From NCBI GenBank assembly GCA_004212155.1, contig RXIG01000001.1, positions 96,001 through 160,000 on the forward strand: a DNA stretch of 64,000 bases, in the 5' to 3' direction. The notes below the pieces were generated by a model. It saw only the letters and a list, made by a program, of their open reading frames with translations, did no database searches and was not told where the DNA came from. A program made the translations under genes and the position numbers. This stretch comes from an archaeon (lineage in GTDB: Archaea; Methanobacteriota_B; Thermococci; Methanofastidiosales; NM3). Below, one piece after another: positions 1-10,001 of the stretch. How positions within the stretch are numbered: position 1 is the first letter of the stretch; every line of letters begins with the position of its first letter.

Positions 1-825
1 CTCAATATCGTTGTACGGACGACTGACGGCCAACCGGTCGAGGATGTCACGGTAACGATCGTTGACAATCAGGACAACGAGGTGTTCTCTCAGATGGCCG
101 CCCAGGGCATCGTGGGGACACAGCTTCCGGGCGGGACGTATACGGTATCAGCCTCTGCAGAGGGTTACGAGCTCGAAGAAGAGGTCACCACCACGGTGAC
201 GGCAGGCGAGACGACCCCTGTGACATTGCTTATGACCGTTGAAGAGACGCCACCGGAGACGGGAAGCATCCAGATATCGCTTTCCGATGACGAGGGTAAT
301 CCCATACAGCTCGTTGAGGTCTTTATCGACGGCGAGAAGGTGGGTGTGACCAATCAGGACGGCATACTCCTCATCGAGGACCTCGAGTCCAAGACATATC
401 AGATAACGTTGAAAAAGGAGGGGTTCAAGGAGGTCACCGTCAGCCAGGATGTCACGGCGGGCGAGACGAACACCGTGTCGAAGACAATGACGGTCAAAGA
501 GACGGCCGACACATCTTCCAGGCTGAAGTGGATACTTGGAGCGATTGCCCTGATCATACTCTTCGCCATCATACTCTATGCCTACACGCACAGGCAGAAG
601 GGATCCGAGGAAGAGGAGGAATACGGCACCGCCGCCCCCATCCAGGGCGGTTCAGGAGAAGGCGGTGAACGCAAGGTCTCGCCACGCGTGCCGCGCCAGG
701 GCGAATCACGAAAACCTGAACGAGGTGGCATACCCCAATCCTCAACGTCCAAGGAAATGGGATTCGGAAAAACAGGGGGCGCCAAGGGCGGTCTTCCCTC
801 ACAAAGGCGACTTGAAGGGGACTAA
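1..825 (+). CDS. PEGA/carboxypeptidase-regulatory-like repeat surface protein with C-terminal TM anchor (5'-truncated by window edge)
   Basis: Frame open from base 1. Repeated beta-sandwich motifs (LPGGTYTVSASAEGY, VFIDGEKVGVT, YQITLKKEGF), then TM helix WILGAIALIILFAIILYAY and a charged tail; T-rich terminator at ~831-845. Confidence 0.75.
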   Translation, partial: LNIVVRTTDGQPVEDVTVTIVDNQDNEVFSQMAAQGIVGTQLPGGTYTVSASAEGYELEEEVTTTVTAGETTPVTLLMTVEETPPETGSIQISLSDDEGNPIQLVEVFIDGEKVGVTNQDGILLIEDLESKTYQITLKKEGFKEVTVSQDVTAGETNTVSKTMTVKETADTSSRLKWILGAIALIILFAIILYAYTHRQKGSEEEEEYGTAAPIQGGSGEGGERKVSPRVPRQGESRKPERGGIPQSSTSKEMGFGKTGGAKGGLPSQRRLEGD

Positions 826-1038
826 TCCCCTTTCTTTTTCATTTGTTCTTTGTACAATCCCACGAGAAATTGATAGATTTTTCGTGTTATCTTTTTAGCG
901 GTGGTTTGAAAATCATAACCATATCTGCCACCTGTTCGTTTATCATCTGGACAGTATATGACCCATATGAAAGGCGTCTGTGTATACGGACCATAGTTCA
1001 CTTTTTACCAAATGGTCATCTACACTCTCGTAAGGTGG

Positions 1039-2136
1039 CTACTTCTTCTCCTTGAGTTCATGCTGGAACATGTGCAGGGTGCGTGTTGGGAAAGCGAATT
1101 CGATGCCTTCATTGTTAAGCTCCTCATAGATGCGCTGGACGGCCTCGCGCTCCTTGTCCCAGCGAGTGGTGAAGTCGCTCACCCAGAACGTGCCACGGAA
1201 TGAGAGATAGTAGTCGGCAAGCTCGAGGAAGTCGACAGTCGGTTCGGGGTCCTGAAGGATGCCGTCCATCGATGCGAGGGCACGTTTTGCGACCTCCTTT
1301 GTCTTTTCCACATTGCTTCCGTAGATGACGCCGAAGGGTATCACGCCGCGTTCCATGTATATTGGCTGTGCATAGTTGATGATCTTGGCCTTTGCCATGT
1401 TGCTGTTGGGAATGATGATGATATTGCCATCATAGGTCTGGACACGTGTGGAGCGCATGGTAATCTCATGAACGATGCCCACCTCTCCCGTATCGAGCCG
1501 TATCTTGTCGCCCACCTTGTAGGTCGTATCGAGGATGAGCATCACGCCGGAGAAGAGATCGCTGAGGCTGTCCTGCATGGCGAGGCCTATGGCGATACCG
1601 GCGATACCAAGTCCTGCAAGGAACGGTGCGATCTGTATGCCCCATACGCTGAGGATGACGATGACGGCAACGGCGGCGATGAATACCATCGATAACTTTC
1701 GGATAAGCGGAAAGACCGTATCCTTGTACTTGGAACGCGTCCTTCGCTTCCACATCCTCCCCCACGCCTCTATGATGATGTCTGATATCTTGATGAGTAT
1801 GTAGGCAAAGACGATGATAAGAATTGAGCTCAGTACGTTTTGCATGTCCTGAACGACTCCGCCCTTCCATCCCAGCGCAGTGATTACCGACTTCATGCCG
1901 ATAAGCACGACGAAGTAGATGACCGGAGTGCGCGTCTCATCGATGATCTTGGCATCAGTGTTTGCGGGAGATCGGCGGTAAATGAGGTGGAGAACGATCT
2001 TGTATGCGTAGGATATCGCGAAGGCGAGTCCCAAGAACACGATAAAAAGCACGATGGCGAACACATAGTCGTTGCCAAAGTATGGACTCAACATCTGGAG
2101 TATTTCACGTAATGGTCTATCGATATTGATGTCCAT
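1039..2136 (-). CDS. mscS: Small-conductance mechanosensitive channel (MscS family)
   Basis: Several TM helices; LAGLGIAGIAIGLAMQDSLSDLFSG, YKVGDKI, IIIPNS and GIEFAFPTR motifs. Confidence 0.92.
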   Translation of the reverse strand: MDINIDRPLREILQMLSPYFGNDYVFAIVLFIVFLGLAFAISYAYKIVLHLIYRRSPANTDAKIIDETRTPVIYFVVLIGMKSVITALGWKGGVVQDMQNVLSSILIIVFAYILIKISDIIIEAWGRMWKRRTRSKYKDTVFPLIRKLSMVFIAAVAVIVILSVWGIQIAPFLAGLGIAGIAIGLAMQDSLSDLFSGVMLILDTTYKVGDKIRLDTGEVGIVHEITMRSTRVQTYDGNIIIIPNSNMAKAKIINYAQPIYMERGVIPFGVIYGSNVEKTKEVAKRALASMDGILQDPEPTVDFLELADYYLSFRGTFWVSDFTTRWDKEREAVQRIYEELNNEGIEFAFPTRTLHMFQHELKEKK

Positions 2137-2184
2137 AAATAGATGTAATCCTCCCGTATTTATATAATTTCTCTAATATGGGGG

Positions 2185-2928
2185 TTATATCAAATAAAAA
2201 AGCAAAAATGCGAGAACGGCGCCTGCCACGGTACAAAAAAAGTTGGTGAAGTTGTTGCTGAACCATCGCACGTTCGACTCGAGCGTAGCACCGAGGTACG
2301 AATCGACCGTAGCGCCGACGACACCGCCAATGGTCGTCGTGATGATGATCTTCCATGCGGGCAGATCGGCGGCAGACAGCCCGACCGCAATGGCAACGAT
2401 CGCGATAAGGAGGCTAATTGCCACCTCAGCCCCCTTTCCTAGGAGCGAGATGCCGCCATCGGTCCCTGCAGGCACACGCCTGAATGTCGTGATGAGCCAG
2501 GGGTCGGCCTTCGAGAGGCGCCCGAACTCCCCACCTGCGGTGTCGGCCGTGGCAGCTGCGACGGCGCCCAGGTATGCAGCGATGAACGCCCCTCCCCCGT
2601 AGATGAGTTCCAGGAACAGCACGATGAGCGCAAACAGGCCGTTGCCAAAGACGTTTTTATACCCTCTCGCACCGCCCTTTGCCTCGGCGATGCCCTTTGC
2701 CTTCTTCTTGTCGTAGTGGAACTTCGTTGCAAGTCCGGACAGGATGAAGAAGAGCAAGATGATGGCAAACGCCCCCCATCCGCCGAGGATGATGATGCCA
2801 ACGCCCATTATGTAGCCTGAGAGCAGGCCCGACAGGCTTACCACACGGATGCGAAATGCGGGCAATCCTATGATCGAACAGATGATAAACGCGACTGCTA
2901 TGCGTACGAGCAGGTCTATTCCGTCCAT
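2185..2928 (-). CDS. DUF92/TMEM19 family membrane protein (TIGR00297-like)
   Basis: GGARGYKNVFGNG, AAATADT..EFG, RVPAGTDGGIS..G, DSYLGATLE and N..TNF motifs. Confidence 0.88.
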   Translation of the reverse strand: MDGIDLLVRIAVAFIICSIIGLPAFRIRVVSLSGLLSGYIMGVGIIILGGWGAFAIILLFFILSGLATKFHYDKKKAKGIAEAKGGARGYKNVFGNGLFALIVLFLELIYGGGAFIAAYLGAVAAATADTAGGEFGRLSKADPWLITTFRRVPAGTDGGISLLGKGAEVAISLLIAIVAIAVGLSAADLPAWKIIITTTIGGVVGATVDSYLGATLESNVRWFSNNFTNFFCTVAGAVLAFLLFYLI

Positions 2929-3151
2929 GTCAATCCAGGTCTACCTATATAAAACCGTATTTAAACCTTTGCATCGACAAAAAACAACCAATCTCAGCGC
3001 GTTTTGAAAAAGGAAAAATATGGTTGAAAAATCTATTTCATGCTTCAAATGTTTTCTTCCGATGCGGCGGTAAATACTATTTTTCACTTCATATTCTTCG
3101 TTGAATGTCGATTATTTCGTTCATGGACGAGAAGAACTACCCGCATTTTAG

Positions 3152-3165
3152 AAAAGTATTTAAAT
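3152..3165 (+). promoter_or_regulatory. BRE/TATA promoter of the DUF2666-OPT-panK-peptidase operon
   Basis: GAAAAGTATTTAAAT about 25-30 nt upstream of ATG 3189/3195. Confidence 0.55.
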
Positions 3166-3188
3166 CGCTCATAATAAGTGGGGTTGTG

Positions 3189-3617
3189 ATGGTTATGCAG
3201 GAACATATCAATTTTTCCGCTAAACACGGGTCTTGGATCGTAGTGAAAAAGATGGCCCTGGATGAGCACACGGCCGACGAGGATATCGCTCGTATCCTGC
3301 TCTCCATTAGAGAGACGCTCAACAACAAGATCTATGAGTATCTGGGCAAGGACTTCGACCTTGATACGCTCGAGAAATGGGCGGAGGAGATCGTGCCGAG
3401 CGGCCGGCTCAGCGAGGAAAAGATCGCCGAGGCCCTCAAGACCCTCAAATCGCCAAAGACGACCAAGCGGCTCAAGGAGCTCACGACCGAGAAGCAAAAG
3501 CTCGAGGTCTACAGGGGCCTTTTGACCGAACTGGTCCTGCAACGCCTCAAACTTAACACGCTCCAGCTCAAGGCACTCGAAAAGTACGTTGACAATAAGA
3601 ACAGGCGATTAGAATGA
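3189..3617 (+). CDS. DUF2666-like archaeal protein
   Basis: EHINFSAKHGSWIVVKKMALDE...EDIARILLSI resembles DUF2666. Start moved to the ATG after the TATA box (3189 or 3195). Confidence 0.65.
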   Translation: MVMQEHINFSAKHGSWIVVKKMALDEHTADEDIARILLSIRETLNNKIYEYLGKDFDLDTLEKWAEEIVPSGRLSEEKIAEALKTLKSPKTTKRLKELTTEKQKLEVYRGLLTELVLQRLKLNTLQLKALEKYVDNKNRRLE

Positions 3618-5353
3618 GGACACCCGAGGAGAGCGGCGGCAGCGGGTTTGGCGTACGGTCAGTGCTGCTAGCAGTCGCGCTCTCCTTGTTTCTTCTTTCC
3701 ACTTCGATCTATATCGCATTACGGCTCGGTGCGCTGCCGTGGCCAATTATATTTTCAGTCATCGTCTCCGCAGGCATACTGAAGCTGGTCTCCCGTTCGT
3801 CTCCTGCCAGCGAACACGAGGTCAACGTTGCGCAGGCAGGCGGAACGATCGGTGGTCTCATGGCGTCTGCCGTCTCGTTCACCATTCCCGGTATCCTTTT
3901 CCTGCGGGACTACATGGACGTCGAGATATCGATGCTCGACCCCTATCTTCTTGCAGCGGTGTGTGTGACGGGGGGTGTGCTTGGCGTACTGCTCTCGATC
4001 CCCCTGCGACGCACGTTCGTCGATGAGGAGAAACTACCGTATCCTTCCGGCGCGGCGGGTGCAGAGATACTCAAGGCGCAGATGCGCGGAGGCAGGGGCG
4101 CCCTGCTCATCGCGTTCGTCGTGCTCATGGCAGGCCTGTTCGCCCTTGCGCGCGACCTTTACATACCCATGGGCATCACCGCAACGAGCCTTGCGACGTA
4201 TGGTATCTACCTGACGTTTTCCGCGATGCCGCTTGGCGTCGGCGTCGGGTACATCCTCGGGCCACGCATATCGATCAACTCGTGGTTTACCGGTGCCGTC
4301 GCTGGCTGGATCGTCATCATCCCCCTTCTGGTCATGCGGGACTGGTTGGGGAGCAATGCCATATCATTCGTGCAAAACGCCGGTCTCGGCATCGTGCTTG
4401 GCAGCGGTGTGGGATTTTTCGTCGCCTATGTGCTTCCCCGTATGCGCCGCATCTTCGCACCGCTTTTCAAGTGGGAAGGACCTTGGTACTTCAAGCTCTC
4501 CCCGTTCTTCTCCTTGGTATCCCTTGCGGTGCTCATCGCCATAGGGGTGCCGATACTTGCCACCATCATCGCCGTTGCGGGCGTCTGGGTCATGACGACC
4601 ATCGCTGCGCGCATGACGGGCGAGACGAACATCGACCCCCTTGAACAGTTCGGCATCATCGTCGGACTCGTGGCGCTGGGGACATACTCTGCCATCTCGT
4701 ATGAACTATCATACATATCTGCGTTTATCATCGTGACATTCGTCGCAGTCGCCGCGGCCGTCGCTGGCGACATCGGGCATGACTACAAGTCTGCCTACAT
4801 CATCGGCACGAAGCCCAAGGACATCGTGAAGGTCGACCTCATATGCGCCGTCATCGTTGGCATTGCAGCGCCGTTCATACTTAACATCGTGCTCAATGGA
4901 TACGCCGACGTCCTCTTCACCGCACAGATGCCGGCACCTCAGGCTCAGCTTGTGGCTGGAAGCATCTTCGGGTTTGCCCACCCTAACGCGTTCTACGCAG
5001 GATTTGGCATCGCGTTCATCTATGAGGCCATCGTACGCGCGTTCAAGCGCGACGTGCCCTTTTCCGCCATGGCATTTGGCATCGGCATGTTCCTTGGCCT
5101 CACGCTTGCATTGCTCCTTTTCATCGGCGGCATCATACGTCTTTTCATTCGTCATCGCGGACCGGACCATGAGCACACGGGCATCCTTGTCTCGGCAGGG
5201 CTGATGGGCGGGGAAGGGATCGCAGGGTTCCTCACTGCCGCCCTCTTCGTCATGGGCGTTGCCATGACCACCGCCTCGCATGCCATGATCGTCGTATTCG
5301 GACTGGCCTTCGTGCTCGTGTTGATATACACGGTCTGGAACAGGAGGTGGTAA
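3614..5353 (+). CDS. OPT/YSL family oligopeptide transporter
   Basis: About 14-16 TM; EVNVAQAGG, IPLRRTFVDEEKLPYPSGAAGAE, D..HDYKSAYIIGTKP, MPAPQA and SAGLMGGEGI motifs. Confidence 0.88.
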   Translation: MRTPEESGGSGFGVRSVLLAVALSLFLLSTSIYIALRLGALPWPIIFSVIVSAGILKLVSRSSPASEHEVNVAQAGGTIGGLMASAVSFTIPGILFLRDYMDVEISMLDPYLLAAVCVTGGVLGVLLSIPLRRTFVDEEKLPYPSGAAGAEILKAQMRGGRGALLIAFVVLMAGLFALARDLYIPMGITATSLATYGIYLTFSAMPLGVGVGYILGPRISINSWFTGAVAGWIVIIPLLVMRDWLGSNAISFVQNAGLGIVLGSGVGFFVAYVLPRMRRIFAPLFKWEGPWYFKLSPFFSLVSLAVLIAIGVPILATIIAVAGVWVMTTIAARMTGETNIDPLEQFGIIVGLVALGTYSAISYELSYISAFIIVTFVAVAAAVAGDIGHDYKSAYIIGTKPKDIVKVDLICAVIVGIAAPFILNIVLNGYADVLFTAQMPAPQAQLVAGSIFGFAHPNAFYAGFGIAFIYEAIVRAFKRDVPFSAMAFGIGMFLGLTLALLLFIGGIIRLFIRHRGPDHEHTGILVSAGLMGGEGIAGFLTAALFVMGVAMTTASHAMIVVFGLAFVLVLIYTVWNRRW

Positions 5354-6180
5354 TCATTATCATAGGCATAGATATAGGGGGCACGACGACGGATGCCATC
5401 GCGCTTAGCGACGGAAAGATAGAGGCGCTCATATCCGTTGAGGCGGGCGATCCCGTCACTGCAGCGGCAGGGGCACTCGGAAAGATGATGGAGACGCTTG
5501 GCGCCTCACTCGACGAGGTCGAGTACATTGCATCGACAGGTGTGGGCACGGGTCACCTTGGCGACCGCCTCCTGGGCATACCGCTCGTCAAGGTAGACGA
5601 ATTCACATCGATCGGCACCGCGGGAGCCTACCTTTCTGGCATCGACAAGGCAATCGTGGTAAGCATGGGCACCGGCACGGCGCTGGTACGTGTCGACGGG
5701 GACTCGATATCCCACTGGGGCGGTACTGGTGTTGGGGGCGGCACGCTGCTTGGCCTCTCAAAGCTCATTCTCAACATCTCCACTATCTCGATACTCACGA
5801 AAAAGGCAGAGCACGGCTCCCTGGGTACGATCGACCTAACGGTGGGTGACATCTCAGGGGGTCCGCTCAACGGTCTGCCAGCCTCGGCAACGGCTTCCAA
5901 CTTCGGAAAGGTCGCCGATGATGCAAGCGATGCTGACAAGGCGCTTGCCCTCATCAATCTCGTATGCCAGACGATCGGTGTCATGGCCATGTTTGCAGCG
6001 CGCGCCAATTCGTTTAGCGACATCGTCCTCACGGGCAAGCTCACCAGCATACCGCAGGTCAAAGATGTCATTGAAGGTGTGGGCAAACTTTTTGATGTAC
6101 GCTTCCATATACCAACTCATGCGGATTACGCCACGGCCATTGGCGCCGCCATCCATCTTTACAACAAGGAGAGGAAATGA
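5347..6180 (+). CDS. coaW: Type II pantothenate kinase (S. aureus CoaW/Fumble-like, ASKHA fold)
   Basis: GIDIGGT, DEF, SMGTGT, GGTGVGGGTLLGL, HG...TIDLTVGDI and ASNFGK match the type II PanK motif series. Confidence 0.85.
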   Translation: MVIIIIGIDIGGTTTDAIALSDGKIEALISVEAGDPVTAAAGALGKMMETLGASLDEVEYIASTGVGTGHLGDRLLGIPLVKVDEFTSIGTAGAYLSGIDKAIVVSMGTGTALVRVDGDSISHWGGTGVGGGTLLGLSKLILNISTISILTKKAEHGSLGTIDLTVGDISGGPLNGLPASATASNFGKVADDASDADKALALINLVCQTIGVMAMFAARANSFSDIVLTGKLTSIPQVKDVIEGVGKLFDVRFHIPTHADYATAIGAAIHLYNKERK

Positions 6181-7127
6181 TGCTCAAAGAGGCTTGTAAG
6201 AGGATCCTCACCACCTCAATGGGGGTGCAGGAGGACGAGACGGTTTTGATAGTGACTGATACCGAGTTGCACGACATCGGTGCGACGCTGTTTGAAACGG
6301 CACGACCGTTGTGCCGTGAGGCGTTGCTCATGACGATGAATCCACGTTCGTCGCATGGTGAGGAACCGCCCCCTGCGATTGCCGCCGCCATGCAGCATGC
6401 CCATGTCATACTCATGCCCACCGTCATGTCGCTTTCCCATACCAAAGCACGTGGCGATGCATGCACACGCGGAGCACGCGTGGGGTCGATGCCTCATGTC
6501 ACGAGGGAGATGCTTGCACGCATGTCCAAGGCCGACTTCAATGAGATCGAACGGTATGCGAACACGTGGGCAGACCTTCTTTCAAAGTCATCGATGGTGC
6601 GCATCGTCTCGAAAAATGGCACAGACCTCTCCTTCAGCATCGCCGGCAGGCCCGGCAACGCCGATGGCGGCGTCTTTACCCACAAGGGCGCGTTTGGCAA
6701 CATTCCCTCTGGCGAGGCGTTCGTCGCACCCGTGGAGGGCACTGCCAACGGGACGCTCGTCATCGACGGGTCGATCGATGTGGTGGGCATCGTGCAGTCC
6801 CCCATCGTCATTACCGTCAAGGACGGATTGGCAGTGACGTTTGAGGGCGGTCCGGATGCAAAGAAGCTTGAAGAGGCCCTCATGAAGTTCGGCCCCGAGG
6901 CACGAAACATTGCCGAGCTTGGCATTGGCATCAATTCGGCCGCAACGCTTTCAGGCAACACCCTTGAGGATGAGAAGATTAAGGGTACGGTGCATATCGC
7001 CCTTGGCGACAATTCCACGTTCGGGGGTACCGTCTCAGCGCCTTCGCACCTCGATGGGCTCATCATGAATCCCACGATGTATCTCGATGGCGAGATGGTA
7101 ATCGAGGACAAGAAATGGAAGATTTGA
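6177..7127 (+). CDS. M29 family (thermophilic-type) aminopeptidase
   Basis: HGEEPP, GNIPSGEAFVAP, NIAELGIGIN, EDEKIKGTVHIALGDN and HLDG motifs. Confidence 0.85.
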   Translation: MMLKEACKRILTTSMGVQEDETVLIVTDTELHDIGATLFETARPLCREALLMTMNPRSSHGEEPPPAIAAAMQHAHVILMPTVMSLSHTKARGDACTRGARVGSMPHVTREMLARMSKADFNEIERYANTWADLLSKSSMVRIVSKNGTDLSFSIAGRPGNADGGVFTHKGAFGNIPSGEAFVAPVEGTANGTLVIDGSIDVVGIVQSPIVITVKDGLAVTFEGGPDAKKLEEALMKFGPEARNIAELGIGINSAATLSGNTLEDEKIKGTVHIALGDNSTFGGTVSAPSHLDGLIMNPTMYLDGEMVIEDKKWKI

Positions 7128-7191
7128 ACGGTCTCAAAGATATAGTACGTACCATAAGATATTTATTAATTAAAAAGGGTCTGGTGTAACT

Positions 7192-8346
7192 ATGGCAGAA
7201 TATGTGTTTACTTCTGAGTCTGTGTGCGAGGGACATCCCGATAAGGTTGCAGACCAAATATCTGACAGCGTCCTCGATGCGCTCATCGCTAAGGATCCGC
7301 AATCACGTGTTGCGTGCGAGACGCTCGTCACCACCGGCATGGCGTTTGTTGCCGGCGAGATCACCACCGATGCTTACGTTGATATTCCCCGTATCGTTCG
7401 AAACACGATCAAAGGAATAGGATATACTGATGCACGAATGGGATTCGACTACCAGACGTGCGCCGTCGTTACATCGATCGATGAGCAATCGCCCGACATC
7501 GCCATGGGCGTGAATCAGACCGCCGAGCGAGAACAGGGGGCCGGGGACCAGGGCATCATGTTCGGCTATGCGTGCAACGAGACCGAGAGCCTCATGCCCC
7601 TCTCGATATCGCTTGCGCACAAGTTGGCACAGCGCCTCTCAGAGACGAGGAAGAACCTCGAGCTCCCGTTCCTGCGTCCCGACGGGAAGACACAGGTAAG
7701 CGTCATCTACAAGAATGGCGTTCCGGACCGTATCTCGACGATCGTCATCGCGGCACAGCATGATTCTAAGGCGCCAAACGAGGAGATACGAAAGGGCATC
7801 ATCGAGAATGTCATCGAACCTGTCGTGCCAAAAGAGCTTCTCAAGAACACAGACTACCACATCAACGCCACCGGCCGCTTCGTACTCGGGGGACCGCTCG
7901 CAGACTGCGGATTGACCGGCCGAAAGATCATAGTCGACACGTACGGCGGCGTGGGAAGCCACGGTGGAGGATGTTTTTCTGGCAAGGATCCAAGCAAGGT
8001 CGACCGTTCGGCATCCTACATGGCGCGCCACATCGCAAAGAACATCGTGGCAGCAGAGCTTGCCGACAGCTGCGAGGTGCAGCTTGCCTACGCGATCGGC
8101 GTGGCAGACCCTGTTTCAGTATATATCGATTGCCGAGACACGAACAAGGTACCAGTTGAGAGGATGTGTTCCATGATCCGCGAGGTCTTTGACATGCGCC
8201 CGCGCGCCATCATCGACTATCTCGATCTCAAACGCCCGATCTACAAGAAGACAGCGGCATATGGTCACTTCGGCCGCAGCGATCCGGACTTCACATGGGA
8301 AAGCACGTCGCGCGCCGACGAGCTTCGGGACCTTGCAGGGCTCTAA
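7192..8346 (+). CDS. metK: S-adenosylmethionine synthetase, bacterial/eukaryotic type
   Basis: [49 protein letters not shown] and YGHFGR motifs. Confidence 0.96.
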   Translation: MAEYVFTSESVCEGHPDKVADQISDSVLDALIAKDPQSRVACETLVTTGMAFVAGEITTDAYVDIPRIVRNTIKGIGYTDARMGFDYQTCAVVTSIDEQSPDIAMGVNQTAEREQGAGDQGIMFGYACNETESLMPLSISLAHKLAQRLSETRKNLELPFLRPDGKTQVSVIYKNGVPDRISTIVIAAQHDSKAPNEEIRKGIIENVIEPVVPKELLKNTDYHINATGRFVLGGPLADCGLTGRKIIVDTYGGVGSHGGGCFSGKDPSKVDRSASYMARHIAKNIVAAELADSCEVQLAYAIGVADPVSVYIDCRDTNKVPVERMCSMIREVFDMRPRAIIDYLDLKRPIYKKTAAYGHFGRSDPDFTWESTSRADELRDLAGL

Positions 8347-8412
8347 ACCTCCCTCATTCTCCTTTTTATAGGTAAAATTTTATATATACATGTCGATTGG
8401 GTAGCATACGCG

Positions 8413-8916
8413 GTGATTCTATTGGAGATCAAGCGACGCCATGACATGTCAAAAAGCGATGTGAAGAAATTATTCAATTCGCTTGACACTGCCTATGACG
8501 AGATACCCGTACCGCCGGAGAAGGGACGATATATGTTGTGCGAGACCGACACGGACGTGTCGGTGGTGACATTCGAGGGCACTCCATCGTTCCTGCTTTG
8601 GAAGGACCAGGTCATACCGTCGCTTCATCTCTTCTTGGACCTGGACGTCCGCACGCTCGCCAACAGGGTGATCGTCGACATGGGCGCCATACGCTTCGTC
8701 ACGAACGGCGCAGACATCATGCGCCCCGGCATCGTTGACGTCTCAGCGTCCATTACCGAGAACATGTTCGTCATCGTCGGCGATGAGCGCCATGGGAAAC
8801 CACTGGCCATTGGCATCGCCCTTTATGATGGCGAGACGATCGCGGCCATGAGTGAGGGAAAGGCGGTCAAGAACGTGCATTACGTCGGCGACCCCATTTG
8901 GAACTTGAAAGTTTAG
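8413..8916 (+). CDS. PUA-domain RNA-binding protein (DUF1947/MCTS1-like)
   Basis: VDMGAIRFVTNGADIMRPGI, KPLAIG and GKAVKNVHYVGD motifs. Confidence 0.88.
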   Translation: MILLEIKRRHDMSKSDVKKLFNSLDTAYDEIPVPPEKGRYMLCETDTDVSVVTFEGTPSFLLWKDQVIPSLHLFLDLDVRTLANRVIVDMGAIRFVTNGADIMRPGIVDVSASITENMFVIVGDERHGKPLAIGIALYDGETIAAMSEGKAVKNVHYVGDPIWNLKV

Positions 8917-8924
8917 GTGGCGTT

Positions 8925-10001
8925 ATGAAGATACCACAGCGAAAGGATGAACACATCTACCATACGATGGGTAGCGATGTGACATGCAAGACCCCGGCGG
9001 GGTTTGACGACGTCACGCTCGTCCACAGCGCCCTTCCCGAGATCTCATATGCCGATATCGATACGAGCGTGGAATTATTTGGGAAGCGCATTGATGCGCC
9101 GCTGATGATCTCAGCCCTCACGGGGGGATCTGAGTTGACGGGCAAGATCAACAAATCGCTTGCCAAGCTTGCCCACGCATACAACGTTCCGATATCCGTT
9201 GGGAGCCAGAGGGCGATGCATGCCGAGTCATCGCTTAGGCCAACGTATGAGATTCGTTCATACGCCCCCGATGTGCTGCTGTTTTCGAACGTCGGCATAG
9301 CACAGCTCATAACGATGAGCGACGATGAGGTGGAGCATATGGTGTCGTCCATCGGTGCCGACGTGCTCGCTGTGCACCTCAACCCCCTTCAGGAGGCGCT
9401 CCAGCCTGAAGGCGATACGAACTTTTCCGGCGGCATAGGCCGACTGCGGGAGATAAAGGATGCGCTGTCCATCCCGGTGATCGTGAAGGAGACAGGCGCA
9501 GGCATCTCCTACGAGGCGGCCTCGCGAATCTCGTTCCTTGACGGCATCGATGTGGCTGGAGTGGGTGGAACATCGTTTGCAGCGGTCGAATACCACAGGA
9601 CCACTGACGAGATGCGAAAAAACATCGCCCGCTCGTTCTGGGACTGGGGCGTTCCCACGGTCGCGTCCATCGTCGAATGTATCGAAGTGTTCGATACGCT
9701 GATCGCATCAGGCGGCGTACGAACGGGCATAGACATAGCGAAGTCGGTAGCGCTCGGTGCCACGTGCGCCGGCATCGCTCAACCATTCCTTTCAGCCGTA
9801 TATAAGCGTCCGCACGACGAAGCGAGACACTACGTCGAAACGCTCATCGAGGAACTCAGGATCACGATGTTCCTTGTGGGGGCAGCCTCCATCAACGATC
9901 TCCGCAACGCACCGGTGGTCGTGGGTGGCACGACGCGAGATTATTTATTTGAACGCGGATTCTCGGTTGAATATCTGGCACGAAAAGGTGATATTAGATG
10001 A
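8925..10001 (+). CDS. fni: Type 2 isopentenyl-diphosphate delta-isomerase
   Basis: RKDEHI, GSQRA, HLNPLQE..QPEGD, KETG.G, GGTSF and ASGGVRTG motifs; AGGTGG SD before ATG 8925. Confidence 0.94.
   Translation: MKIPQRKDEHIYHTMGSDVTCKTPAGFDDVTLVHSALPEISYADIDTSVELFGKRIDAPLMISALTGGSELTGKINKSLAKLAHAYNVPISVGSQRAMHAESSLRPTYEIRSYAPDVLLFSNVGIAQLITMSDDEVEHMVSSIGADVLAVHLNPLQEALQPEGDTNFSGGIGRLREIKDALSIPVIVKETGAGISYEAASRISFLDGIDVAGVGGTSFAAVEYHRTTDEMRKNIARSFWDWGVPTVASIVECIEVFDTLIASGGVRTGIDIAKSVALGATCAGIAQPFLSAVYKRPHDEARHYVETLIEELRITMFLVGAASINDLRNAPVVVGGTTRDYLFERGFSVEYLARKGDIR

Noticed and set aside
927-1037. GCCACCT/AGGTGGC and GACCAT/ATGGTC inverted repeats downstream of mscS
   Set aside because: Short stems that could arise by chance; no recognisable motif or promoter.
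3062-3147. Imperfect long hairpin between DUF92 and DUF2666
   Set aside because: Many bulges; not supportable without folding statistics.
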